This document shows positions 26,299 through 38,182 of a stretch of DNA of 64,000 nt, piece after piece (position 1 is the first letter of the stretch; each line of letters starts with the position of its first letter). Below the pieces are notes generated by a model, which saw nothing but the letters and a program-made list of their open reading frames with translations, searched no databases and was not told where the DNA came from. The stretch comes from Octopus sinensis (Eukaryota), in contig NC_043024.1 in NCBI RefSeq assembly GCF_006345805.1, positions 7,316,001-7,380,000 on the forward strand, read 5' to 3'. A program made the position numbers and the translations under genes.

Positions 26299-27303
26299 TC
26301 TAACTTAATAGTACCACCTAAAAGTCCACTCATGAGGTTTAGTGTCAGTTCAAGGCTATAGTAGAAGGCACTTGCCACAGTTGACACACATTGGGACTGA
26401 ACCGAGAACCATGTGGTCAGAAAGCGAACTTCTTATCACTCAGTCTATATGTAATAACTTAAGTTAGATAACTGAGATATTTTCAGCAAAAGATTGACCC
26501 AGGCCATGTCTAACTTAATAGAACCATCTGATAGGATCTGTTAAGTCATTTTAAAGTCAAGTTTTTGCTGTATCATGACCCATTCAAGTAGGGGCTTGTT
26601 GACTGAGATGTATCAGCTTATCTGATACCTTTGAACAAATTTGTCCAGGTTTCATTTGAAGGTGATGGGTTCTTTTTCTTCTTTGCTTTGTTTCGAGAAA
26701 TAGAGCAGGGCTTACTCTTTTTTTTTATTCTTTCTACTTGTTTCAGTCATTTGACTGTGGCCATGCTGGAGCACCGCCTTTAATCGAGCAACTCGACCCC
26801 GGGACTTATTCTTTTGTAAGCCCAGTACTTATTCTATCGGTCTCTTTTGCCGAACTGCTAAGTAACGGGGACATAAACACACCAGCATCGGTTGTCAAGC
26901 AATGCTAGGGGGACAAACACAGACACACAAATGCATATATATATATAGATATATACGACAGGCTTCTTTTCAGTTTCCGTCTACCAAATCCACTCACAAG
27001 GCTTTGGTCGGCCCGAGGCTATAGTAGAAGACACTTGCCCAGGGTGCTACGCAGTGGGATTGAACCCGTAACCATGTGGTTGGTAAACAAGCTACTTACC
27101 ACACAGCCAAACCGTTATAGTGAATTTAAATGTTGTAAGCCTGAATTGTATAAGGGGTATATGGAATGTGGCCCCCAGCTTTGGATGACCTCTGAATCTA
27201 ATGTTAAGGTCATTTGGTCAATACTGGTGGTATATTCTCCACATTGTACAAATGATGTAGTGCTTATGGCAGTGCTGGAAAGAATAATGATTCGATGCTT
27301 TAA

Positions 27304-27897
27304 CCCTTTCGTGACCAACCCGACTGAAACCGGCTCTGGCTCTGAGTACAAATGTCTTGTTTTCATAAGTTTTGTATTAAAATCTTCCACCAAACCTTAG
27401 TCACAATTTATGTTCCTAATACTAGCTTAATATCATTATTAACTAAGTTATTTTACTAAATTCTTTGTTATATTTAAAATTAATTGAAAGAAACACAGAG
27501 CATCTCAACAGAAATATGGTGACAAAAGGGTTAAAATATATAATAGAGAAACAATTCTTAACCCTTTTGATACCAACCCAGCTGAAACAGCCTCTGGTTC
27601 TGAGTACAAATGTCTTGTTTACATAAGTTCTGAATTAAAATCTTCCACCAAACCTTAGTCACAATTTATGTTCCTAATGCTAGCTTAATTAAAATAACTT
27701 AGTTAATAACGATATTAAGCTAGTATTAAGAACATAAATTGTGACTAAGGTTTGGTGGAAGATTTTAATTCAGAACTTTTGAAAACAAGACATTTGTACT
27801 ATACATAAACTAAGTTATTTTACTAAATTCTTTGTTATATTTAAAATAAATTGAAAGAAACACAGAGCATCTCAAAATAAATATGGTAACAAAAGGG
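27304..27897. mobile_element. Two piggyBac-like MITEs (27304-27530, 27562-27897); the second has an internal inverted duplication
   Basis: TTAA|CCCTTT...AAAGGG|TTAA termini; inverted arms 27603-27689 and 27714-27800. Confidence 0.85.
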
Positions 27898-28168
27898 TTA
27901 AGGTGGTCCCAATAATCAAGATCTGTCCTGCCCTTTATTTTTTTTAGTACAAGACTTGGAAAAATAAAATTTGCTTGATTAAACCAGTCTAGGCAGTGCC
28001 CCAGAATGGCCATAATCCAATGGCCAAAACAAGTAAAAGATACAAGAGAAAAACATTTAAAAAAAAAAATTTGCACCTATAGCACAGTTGTCTCACCTGT
28101 CCAAGACTTTCAAGTGCATGCATGAATATTTAGATGTAGGCATATAATAAGACATGTTTTGATTTTTA

Positions 28169-28377
28169 CTAGCTTTTTATGAAATGGGGCCACTCTTTTA
28201 TGATATTATACAAATCGGATCCTGGGCATTCTGTGTCTCCCAAATTGCGATGCCCTACAAGGATATAATTGTCACTGATTTGTCCCTTGTTGAGCGAACA
28301 TTTTATCATTTCCTTCAACGATTCTATTGCCTCTGTAGTGGGTTCTTCATTCATAAAATTGCCCAGCAAACAAATTC
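28169..28377 (-). CDS. PGRP: PGRP-A last coding exon (amidase domain C-terminus)
   Basis: ctag|GA ATT..., encodes (G)ICLLGNF...GHRNLGDTECPGSDLYNIIKEWPHFIKS*; contains the Zn-ligand His (GHR) and Cys (CPG). Confidence 0.95.
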
Positions 28378-29329
28378 CTAGAAAAGTGAAACAAACAGAA
28401 ATCTTTGTAGAATTTTGAATACATACTTAATTGCATATATATATATAAAAAAAATAATAATAATGAAATTATTGTATACAGTGCTCAGGTGCACCACAAC
28501 TTGTCAGAAAGTGCATATAGAGTATATGCAGTAATGTACAAATGTCTGGAAAGCGAACAATGTATATATATATACATAATTTTAAAAAGTGTACATTTAA
28601 ACACAAAAGAAAACTACCCTTTAAAAAGTAATTTTTACATGCTAGAAATAGCAGCCAACACGGCCAGAACCACAATTTAATAGCAATTTTCGAAGGGATT
28701 GAAAAATAAAAACTTTTACCTTGTTATTTATTATCGGTTATACCATGGTTTCGAAATTTCTTTAGCAAACAATATTATTTGCCATCCTTTAATAGGTAAT
28801 TTTGCAAAACAATATTATTGCAAGGCGAAGTTCTCATCAGTAACCAGCCTCAATAACTAACTTATAATTCAGAGACAAGAACACGTGTTCCGTGTATATA
28901 TATATATATATATATATACAGAGAGAGAGAGAGAGATTAAAAGCTGAACTGAAAAGGCAAACGGTTTAGCAGGACTTGACAAGGATATTAAATTTAGCTA
29001 GATAATAAAAAGGTATTCATTGCCTCTAATGGCTGTTTCTAGAATATCCCAGCTTAGAGAGGCATTCACGACATCACCAGTTCAAGTACAGCTTAAAGTG
29101 GAATTTTAGTGACATAACAATTTGAGCACTCAGAGGGCATGCCTCTTCATTTCTTGAGTAAGCTGAGGGTCTGCCTTTATTATTTTCTGAAACAAAGATT
29201 ATACAGAGTTAGCAAAAAATGCAGCAATGACCCAGAAAAGGTATGTCCTCAAATATCTTACGCACCCTGTATGTATGTGTGTGTGTGTGTGTGTGTATAA
29301 AATATAAGGGAGTACAGAAAATCTCCTGG

Positions 29330-29525
29330 CTTTAAGGGTATCATGAAAGGCCTGGATGGCAACCCAACCTTCTGAGTTCTTTTGCAAGGCTTAGAAAAAC
29401 TGAAGGACTGCTGCAATAAGTGTGTGAACCTGAAAGGGGAATATGTTGAATAAAATCATAATTAACAGATCCTCCTGTATTGTCTTTTACCTGAAGCCAG
29501 GAACTTTTTAGCACACCCTTGTACA
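29330..29525 (+). mobile_element. Mariner 3' end fragment, shared position with PGRP-B last intron (about 48380-48655)
   Basis: Ends ...GAATATGTTGAATAA...CCAGGAACTTTTTAGCACACCCTTGTA; both copies are followed by GATTGTCA..ATATATAT. Confidence 0.6.
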
Positions 29526-29559
29526 CAGATTGTCACATATATATGGTTCTCTGGCACAT

Positions 29560-30335
29560 AAAAGAACCATCCAAATGTGGCCATTGCCAGCGTCGGCCCG
29601 ACTGGCCTCCATGCTGGTGGCATGTAAAAAGCACCATCCAATTGTGGCCGTTGCCAGCCTCATCTGGCCTCCGTGCTGGTGGCACGTAAAAAGCACCATC
29701 TGATCGTGGCCATTTGCCATCCTCGTCTGGCACGTAAAAAGCACCATCTGATCGTGGCCATTTGCCATCCTCGTCTGGCACGTAAAAAGCACCATCTGAT
29801 CGTGGCCATTTGCCATCCTCGTCTGGCACCTGTGCTGGTGGCACGTAAAAAGCACCATCCGATCGTGGCCATTTGCCATCCTCGTCTGGCACCTGTGCCG
29901 GTGGCACGTAAAAAGCACCATCTGATCGTGGCCATTTGCCATCCTCGTCTGGCACCTGTGCCGGTGGCACGTAAAAAGCACCATCCGATCGTGGCCGTTT
30001 GCCAGCCTCATCTGGCACCTGTGCCGGTGGCACGTAAAAAGCACCATCCGATCGTGGCCGTTTGCCAGCCTCATCTGGCCTCCGTGCTGGTGGCACGTAA
30101 AAAGCACCATCCGATCGTGGTCGTTTGCCAGCCTCATCTGGCACCTGTGCCAGTAGCACGTAAAAAGCCCCCACTACACTCATGAAGTGGTTGGCGTTAG
30201 GAAGGGCATCCAGCTGTAGAAACATTGCCAGATCAGACTGGGCCTGGTGCAGCCTTCTGGCTTCCCAGACCCCAGTTGAACCATCCAACCCATGCTAGCA
30301 AGGAAAGCGGACGCTAAACGATGATGATGATGATG
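29560..30335 (+). repeat. RTE 3' UTR fragment expanded into a 39/63-bp minisatellite with (GAT)n tail
   Basis: Unit GTGGCACGTAAAAAGCACCATCCGATCGTGGCC...CTGGCACCTGTGCCG; same sequence as the 3' end of the LINE at 53507-56107. Confidence 0.85.
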
Positions 30336-30391
30336 ACACACACATACACACATCCATTACAAGCACACTGACAAGCATAAAAGAGACTTAC

Positions 30392-30505
30392 CAATTGATT
30401 TAGAATTATAGTGTTTAGTATGAGCACCCTCAACTGACCAACCACGGCCTTCGTAGACGACACCATTTCCACCAATCAGGAAGTTGTAACCAATATTCAC
30501 AAAGT
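30392..30505 (-). CDS. PGRP: PGRP-A middle domain exon
   Basis: 114 nt, phase 1/1, gaag|...G|gtaag; encodes (D)[37 protein letters not shown](G). Confidence 0.95.
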
Positions 30506-30712
30506 CTTCATACACCAATAGTACATGCAATGGTGACAGTATAGGTGAGAGAAAAACAACAAAAAGGAAATAGATAAATGAAAAAAAAGAATGGAATATA
30601 AAGAAAAAAATTCAAAAGTTCTCATGTGCGTGGCACCATGGGCAAGTGTCTTCTACTATAGCCTTGGGCTGACCAAATCCATGTGAGTGGATTTGGTAGA
30701 CAGCCCGTTGTA

Positions 30713-30771
<59 letters not shown>

Positions 30772-31319
30772 ATGTGTGTGTATATGTTTGTGTGTCTGTG
30801 TTTGACAACCGATGCTGGTGTGTTTATGTCCCCGTAACTTAGCACTTTGGCAAAAGCGACCAATAGAATAAGTACTAGGCTTCCAAAGAATAAGTCCTGG
30901 TGCTGATTTGCTTGACTAAAAGGCAGTGCTCCAGCATAGCCGCAGTCAAATGACTGAATCAAGTAAAAGAGACCCGAGTAATGACATACATACATACATG
31001 CATGCATGCAAGCGAGCTAACAGACAAAAACAAACAAACAAACAATAGGCTTCTTTCAGTTTCCTTCGGCTGAATCTACTTGGTCCAGTCTATAGTAGAG
31101 GACAGTTGCACAGGTCCCATGTTTTCAAAACTGCATGGTTAAAAAGCAAGTTTCCAAGCGCCCCCCACCCCCCGGCGTTGTGCTCATGTGTATGTACGTG
31201 TATGTACATATGAGTGAGTTTCGTTTGTCCTCCCCCCACCACTTCACAACTGGGTGGTTAGTTTATCTACGTCCGCATAACTTAGCTGTTCGGCAAAAGA
31301 CACCGTTAAAATAAGTACT

Positions 31320-32100
31320 TATTTCTTTACTACCCACAACGGGCCACACACAGAGGGGACAAACAAGGACAGACAAAGGGATTAAGTCGATTATATCGAC
31401 CCCAGTGCGTAACAGGTACTTATTTAATCGACCCCGAAAGGATGAAAGGCAAAGTCGACCTCAGTGGAATTTGAACTCAGAACGTAGCAGCAGACGAAAG
31501 ACCTATTTCTTTACTACCCACAAGGGGCTAAACACAGAGGAGACAAACAAGGACAGACAAAGGGATTAAGTCGATTATATCGACCCAGTGCGTAACTGGT
31601 ACTTAATTTATCGACCCCGAAAAGATGAAAGGCAAAGTCGACCTCGGCGGAATTTGAACTCACAACGTAACGGTAGACGAAATACCTATTTCTTTACTAC
31701 CCACAAGGGGCTACACACAGAGGAGACAAACAAGGACAGACAAAGGGATTAAGTCGATTATATCGACCCAGTGCGTAACTGGTACTTAATTTATCGACCC
31801 CGAAAAGATGAAAGGCAAAGTCGACCTCGGCGGAATTTGAACTCACAACGTAACGGTAGACGAAATACCTATTTCTTTACTACCCACAAGGGGCTACACA
31901 CAGAGGAGACAAACAAGGACAGACAAAGAGATTAAGTCGATTATATCGACCCAGTGCGAAACTGGTACTTAATTTATCGACCCCGAAAGGATGAAAGGCA
32001 AAGTCGACTTCATCGGAATTTGAACTCAGAACGTAACGGCTGGCGAAATACGGCTACGCATTTCGCCCGGCGTGCTAACGTTTCTGCCAGCTCGCCGCCT
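31320..32100 (-). mobile_element. SINE2 tetramer with 17-bp TSD
   Basis: Four units of about 182 bp; TSD CCGTTA(A/G)AATAAGTACT at 31303-31319 and 32102-32118. Confidence 0.85.
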
Positions 32101-32699
32101 TCCGTTAGAATAAGTACTACGCTTAAAATAACAGTCTATGGACATCGGGTAAAGGGAGAGAACTCTATCTTTTAATTATATCCTTTTCATTTCAATTCTT
32201 CTCTTTCCCTCTCAGTCTCAGTCACTGAGTGTGTATGCGTCCGTGAGAATGCCAGTATGTGTTTGTGTGTGTGAGTGCGTGTGCGCGTGTGTATGTTTGT
32301 GTGAGAGAACGTGTGTATATGCGTGTATGTGTTTGCGTGTTTTTGTGTGTATAAGAAAGTGTATGTATGAAAGAGTTCATGCGGGTGTATACGTTTATAA
32401 GTCTGTGCGCGTGTGTATATATGTGTGAGTGAAGGTGTGCAGGTGCGTGCGCATGTGAGTGCGTGCGTGCGCGCATATGTGTGTGTGTGTGTGTCAAAGA
32501 TAGAGTGTACGTATATGTGCATGAGAGTGCATATGTGTCTGTGTGTGTGTGTGTGTGTATGTATAATGGTATGTATGTGTTTCTTTAGTACTAAATGGTC
32601 TATCTCTAAAAATAAGCCATCACAAAAACAACCAGGTCTAATTGCACTCAACCCATTTCTCTCTCTCTCTCTCTCTATCTCCTGCTCTCTTTCTGTATA

Positions 32700-33292
32700 T
32701 AAATTGGCAGACACCCATAAAATTATTAACCATCTTACAAACAATAACTCTGAGCACCTTTTCAAACTACACCCGTCAAACACCCGTGGACAATCTCAGG
32801 AAGCATGGAAGTTTTGAAGGATGCAGTGCTCCGACAACAAACAACTGATGCCGGCAGTTTGTTCCATGTTTCAGCAAGATGGTTAATTATCAATTATCAA
32901 CCATCTTACTAACAATAACTCTGAGCACCTTTTTCAAACTCCACCTGTCTAACACCCATGGACATATTTACAAAGTCAGAAAACAGCACAGCTCCCATGA
33001 CTTTCGGAAACATTTTTTCATGCTAAGAGTTGCTGAAGCATGGAACAAACTGCCAGCATCAGTTGTTAGTTGTCAGAGCACTGCATCCTTCAAAACTTCC
33101 ATGCTTTCTGAGATTCGCCAACACTACACCTGATTTTCTCCCCTCTATACACACAAGCAAGCATGTATCTGACTTATATACTGTTCACTTCCCAGACATT
33201 TGTACATAACTGCATATACTTTATACGCACTTTCTGACAAGTTGTGGTGCACCTGAGCACTGTATGTAATAATTTCATTATTATTATTATTT
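32700..33292 (+). mobile_element. CR1-type LINE 3' fragment with internal inversion
   Basis: ORF end FRKHFFMLRVAEAWNKLPASVV; (ATT)n tail; inverted segment at 32795-32877. Confidence 0.8.
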
Positions 33293-33410
33293 AAAAATAT
33301 ATATGTTAGAAGGTTTTGAGATGATGTACAGGTATTTTACATTAGAAGAAATGAGGTACTCAGAAATTCGGATGGTTTTATATTTACAGATATTTATTTG
33401 TATATTACAT

Positions 33411-33469
<59 letters not shown>

Positions 33470-34349
33470 GGTTTCGAGATGATGTACAGGTATTTTACAT
33501 TAGAAGAAATGAGGTACTCAGAAATTCGGATGGTTTTATATTTACAGATATTTATTTGTATATTACATGTTTGTATACATCATATAACATATATCATATA
33601 TCATATATTACATATTTGTATATACATACGTATACATGCATTCATAATCACACACACACACAGATGTGTGTGTGTATGTGCGCACGCTCTTGTATGCAAG
33701 CAAACTCTACCCATCTGCAGTTTCCTAAAACAATGCAGAAAGATTTCTGTTGGCGTTACAGAATAACGCTTTTGTTTCTGTGCATGACAACCTGCAATTA
33801 AGCTCTCTGTCTATTCTATGTTTTTATATAAACTCAAAGCTGTAACAAAGACAAGACAAAGTTATATTGATTTTTTCCCGGGGCAGAACATCCTCTCATT
33901 TATTCTCTCCTTTACTTGTTTCGGTCATTTGACTGCAGCCATGCTGGAGCACCACCTTTAGTCGAGCAAATCGACCCTGGGACTTATTCTTTTGTAAGCC
34001 CAGTACTTATTCTATCGGTCTGTTTTGCCGAACCGCTAAGTGACGGGGACATAAACACACCAGCATCGGTTGTCAAGCAATGCTAGGGGGACAAACACAG
34101 ACACAAACACACACACACATACATATATATATATACATATATACGACAGGCTTCTTTCAGTTTCTGTCTACCAAATCCACTCACAAGGCATTGGTCAGCC
34201 CGGGGCTATAGCAGAAGACACTTGCCCAAGATGCCACGCAGTGGGACTGAACCCGGAACCATGTGGTTGGTTAGCAAGCTACTTACCACACAGCCACAAT
34301 GTATACATATTGATACTTTATGGTTTATATATATATAAAAGCACTTGTG

Positions 34350-34663
34350 CTAATGTCATGTAAAAAGCACCCAGTGCATTCTGTAAAGTGGTTGGCATTA
34401 GGAAGGGCATCCAACCATAGCAACCCTGTCAAAACAGACAACTGGAGCCTGGTGCAGCTCTCCGAGCTCACCAGCTCCTGTCAAACCATCCAACCCATGC
34501 TAGCATGGAAAATGGATGTTAAATGATGATGATCATGATGACGATGATGATGATAATGATGATGATGATGATGATGACGATGACGACGACGACGATGATG
34601 GTGATGATGGTGATGATGGTGATGATGATGATGAGGAGGAGGAGGAGGAGGAGGAGGATGAAT

Positions 34664-34700
<37 letters not shown>

Positions 34701-34803
34701 GGATGATGATGAGGATGATGATGATGATGATGATTATGATGATGATGATGATGAGGATGATGAGGATGATGAAGATGATGATGATGGTGATGATGATGAT
34801 GAT
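34350..34803 (+). mobile_element. RTE 3' fragment with expanded (GAT)n tail abutting PGRP-A splice donor
   Basis: ...CCATGCTAGCATGGAAAATGGATGTTAAAT followed by about 280 bp (GAT/GAC/GAG)n. Confidence 0.85.
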
Positions 34804-34811
34804 TTACTTAC

Positions 34812-34987
34812 CTCTTTTATCCATGTGATTGCTCTGGATACTCCGCACTAACTTGTCACAATCCTCAGTTGTGGTGCAGCTCCCAGTAGCTGAATGATGG
34901 ACAACGAAATACTCGACAGGGACCTTCAGTTGTGTCACTGATTTTGGTTTTCTGGCACCCCACTCAGTCCGATTCCGTATAATTGGG
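34812..34987 (-). CDS. PGRP: PGRP-A first domain exon (5' boundary uncertain)
   Basis: Encodes PIIRNRTEWGARKPKSVTQLKVPVEYFVVHHSATGSCTTTEDCDKLVRSIQSNHMDKR; G|gtaag donor; first AG acceptor tttcaag (phase 2). The ORF stays open upstream to an ATG at 35055. Confidence 0.9.
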
Positions 34988-35325
34988 CTTGAAACAATAA
35001 GAATGCAAATAAATAAATAAATAAAAATACAAATAAAAACAAAAAAGATAGGCATGGCTGTGTGGTAAGAAGCTTGCTTTCCAATTGCATGGTTCTGGGT
35101 TCAGTTCCACTGTGTGGCACCTTGGGCAAGTGCCATCTACTTTAGCTTTGGGCCAATCAGAGCCTTGTGAGTGGATTTTATAGATGGAAACTGAAAGAAA
35201 CCTGTGTGTGTGTGTGTGTGTGTTTGTCTCCATTATCAATTGACAACCAGTGCTGGTAAGTTTCCATGCACATAACTTAGTGGTTCAGCAAAAGGAGATG
35301 ATAGAATAAGTACCAGGCTAAAATA

Positions 35326-35366
<41 letters not shown>

Positions 35367-35369
<3 letters not shown>

Positions 35370-35665
35370 GCGCAGTGGCCCAATGGTTAGGGCAGCGGCC
35401 TTGCAGTCGAAGGATAGTGGTTTCGATTCCCAGACTGGGTGTTGTGAGTGTTTATGGAGCGAAAGCACCTAAAGCTCCACAAGGCTCCAGCAGGGGGTGG
35501 TGGTGATCCCTGCTGTACTCTTTCGCCACAATTTTCTCTCACTCTTTCTTCTGTTGGCCTGCTCACTTAGCTAGCGGGGTGGCATCATTTGAAGGCGAAG
35601 CGCATTGTGACTAGCGATGTGTAGCAACATCTGATGGCTTGGTCAGTTACGGTGGTCACAGTGAT
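35367..35665 (+). mobile_element. tRNA-derived SINE family 3 (internally deleted); longer copy at 60205-60720, relative at about 4410-4660
   Basis: A-box TGGCCCAATGG and B-box GGTTTCGATTCCC followed by a non-tRNA body shared between copies. Confidence 0.8.
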
Positions 35666-36323
35666 ATATATATATATATATATATATATGTATAAGGATG
35701 AAAAGGAACACACAAGTTGATATATATGAAAAAACAAGTCAGGATAGAAAATGCTAAAATAATTTTATAAAGAACATTTCAGTACCAGTTTCAGTCATTT
35801 GAGACCTTTTCAACTGTAACAATTAAATAATTAAATTTAGAAAAATTAAAAGAAAAGATTTTTCAAAAGAATATTTGTATAGTGTTCAAATATAAGTGGC
35901 ATTTTCCTTGTTTCTGCCTGTTTCTGTCTCTCTAGAATTCACAACGACCTCGAACCCACAAGAGTCATTGGCTGGGTCTGAAATCTGACCAATGGTAACC
36001 TATATTCCAACAAAGTTTGCAGGTGCCGAAGGATTTTAGGCATCTCCAAAGGGCCCCAGGCATTGTCCAAGTATTGCAACTACATAGCAAGACAGGCAAG
36101 ACGAGAGACCTGAAGACCTGAGAATTTGTCCTGCTCAGAATAGTTCAAGCTAAATTGCATTCTGCTTCCTTCTGGTGACCATCCTGTCTTTTTTTTTCTT
36201 TTTATAATGAATCTCTTTACCTTTTTTTAGTTTTTTTTTTTTAACTGTTCATGTGACAATGTAGAATTCTTCTTCAGTGAAAATTTTGAAGAAAATGGTA
36301 ACATTTGATTTGGAATCACTTAC

Positions 36324-36378
36324 GTTTCGGAGGACATTTCATGGATTTGAGATCAACTCTTGGAATTATGAGCCTTCC
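36324..36378 (-). CDS. Candidate upstream 55-nt exon of PGRP-A (GRLIIPRVDLKSMKCPPK)
   Basis: ttttcag|...C|gtaagtg, open in phase 0 to 1; conserved in the PGRP-B copy. Confidence 0.55.
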
Positions 36379-36453
36379 CTGAAAATTTCAAAAGGATATT
36401 TCAAAGACAACAACAACAACAACAACACTTATAATCCTCCTCCTCCTCTTCCT

Positions 36454-36484
<31 letters not shown>

Positions 36485-37732
36485 ATCATCATCGTTTAAT
36501 GATGTCCGCTTTCCATGCTAGCATGGGTTGGACGGTTTTGACTGAGGGCTGGTGAACCAGATGGCTGCACCAGGCTCCAATCTTGCTCTGGCAGTGTTTC
36601 TACGGCTGGATGCCCTTCCTAATGCCAACCACTCCGAGAGCACAGTGGGTGCTTTTTACGTGCCACTGGCACAGGGGCCAGTCAGGCGGTACTGGCAATG
36701 ACCTCGCTCAACAACTGATTTCTTTTATTGGCCACAAGGGTACAAGACATGGAGAACAATATCAAAGGACGACTTACAACACACAAAAACAAAACAAAAT
36801 TAAAATTACATCGATCAAACTGAGATGACTACCACATTAACGGTAATAATAGGATATTTACCATAAATCCTCGGTAAATCCTTGGGCAAGTGTCTTCTAC
36901 TATAGCCTCGGGTCGACCAAAGCCTTGCAAGTTGATTTGGTAGACGGAAACTGAAAGAAGCCCGTCGTATATATGTATATATATATATATGCGTGTGTGT
37001 GTTTGTGTGTGTGTTTGTGTGTCTGTGTTTGTGTGTGTGTTTGTGTGTCTCTGTTTGTCCCCCTAGCATTGCCTGACAACTGATGCTGGTGTGTTTACAT
37101 CCCCGTTACTTAGCAGTTCGGCAAAAGAGACTGATAGAATAAGTACTGGGCTTACAAAAGAATAAGTCCTGGGGTCGAGTTGCTTGATCAAAGGCGGTGC
37201 TCCAGCATGGCCACAGTCAAATGACTGAAACCAGTAAAACAGAGAGATTTGTATTTGATTTTGGCTATACTCTTTTACTAGTTTCAATCATTTGACTGTG
37301 GCCATGCTGGAGCACCGCCTTTAATCGAGCAAATCAACCCCAGGACTTATTCTTTGTAAGCCTAGTACTTATTCTATAGGTCTCTTTTGCTGAACCGCTA
37401 AGTTACAGGGACGTAAACACACCGGCATCAGTTGTCAAGCGATGTCGGGGAGACAAACACAGACACACAAACATATACACACACACACACATATAGGTAT
37501 ATACGACGGGCTTCTTTCAGTTTCTATCTACCAAATCCACTCACAAGGCTTTGGTCAGCCTGAGGCTATAGTAGAAGACACTTGCCCAAGGTGCCACGCA
37601 ATGGGAATGAACTTGGAACCATGTGGTTGGTAAGCAAGCTACTTACCACACAGTCACTCCTGCACCTATGAAACGTAAAGACAGATGAAATACCGTTAAG
37701 CATTTCGGCCAGCATGCTAACGTTTCTGCCAG

Positions 37733-37774
<42 letters not shown>

Positions 37775-38182
37775 TCATCATCGTCATCATCATCATCATC
37801 GTTTAACATCCGTTTTCCGTGCTAGCATGGGTTGGACAGTTCGACCGGGGATCTGGGAAGCCAGGATGCTGCACCAGACTCCAGTCTGATCTGGCAGTGT
37901 TTCTACAGCTGGATGCCCTTCCTAACGCCAACCACTCCATGAGTGTAGTGGGTGCTTTTTACGTGCCACCCACACAGGTGCCAGTGAAGGTGGCGCTGGC
38001 ATCAGCCACGTTTGGATGGTGCTTTTTACGTGCCACCGGCACAGAAACCAGGCAAGGCGGCGCTGGCATATATAATAAATATAATGTATATACAGATGTT
38101 ATAATATATAGATAATAATATAATATATATATATATATATTTATATATGTAGGCATGATCATATCTATGTAAATGAAAGTAA

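Noticed and set aside
29508-30288. Repetitive 200-250 aa ORFs and CRISPR-like periodicity
   Set aside because: Tandem copies of RTE 3' UTR without unique spacers; eukaryotic context; no cas genes.
34516-34851. Poly-Asp/poly-Met ORFs (also 58929-59177) and poly-Thr/Leu/Asn ORFs at 62277-62979
   Set aside because: Trinucleotide tails of LINE insertions lying in or antisense to PGRP introns.
35367-35445. tRNA gene (also about 60205 and 4410)
   Set aside because: A/B boxes present but no complete cloverleaf; continues into a shared SINE body.
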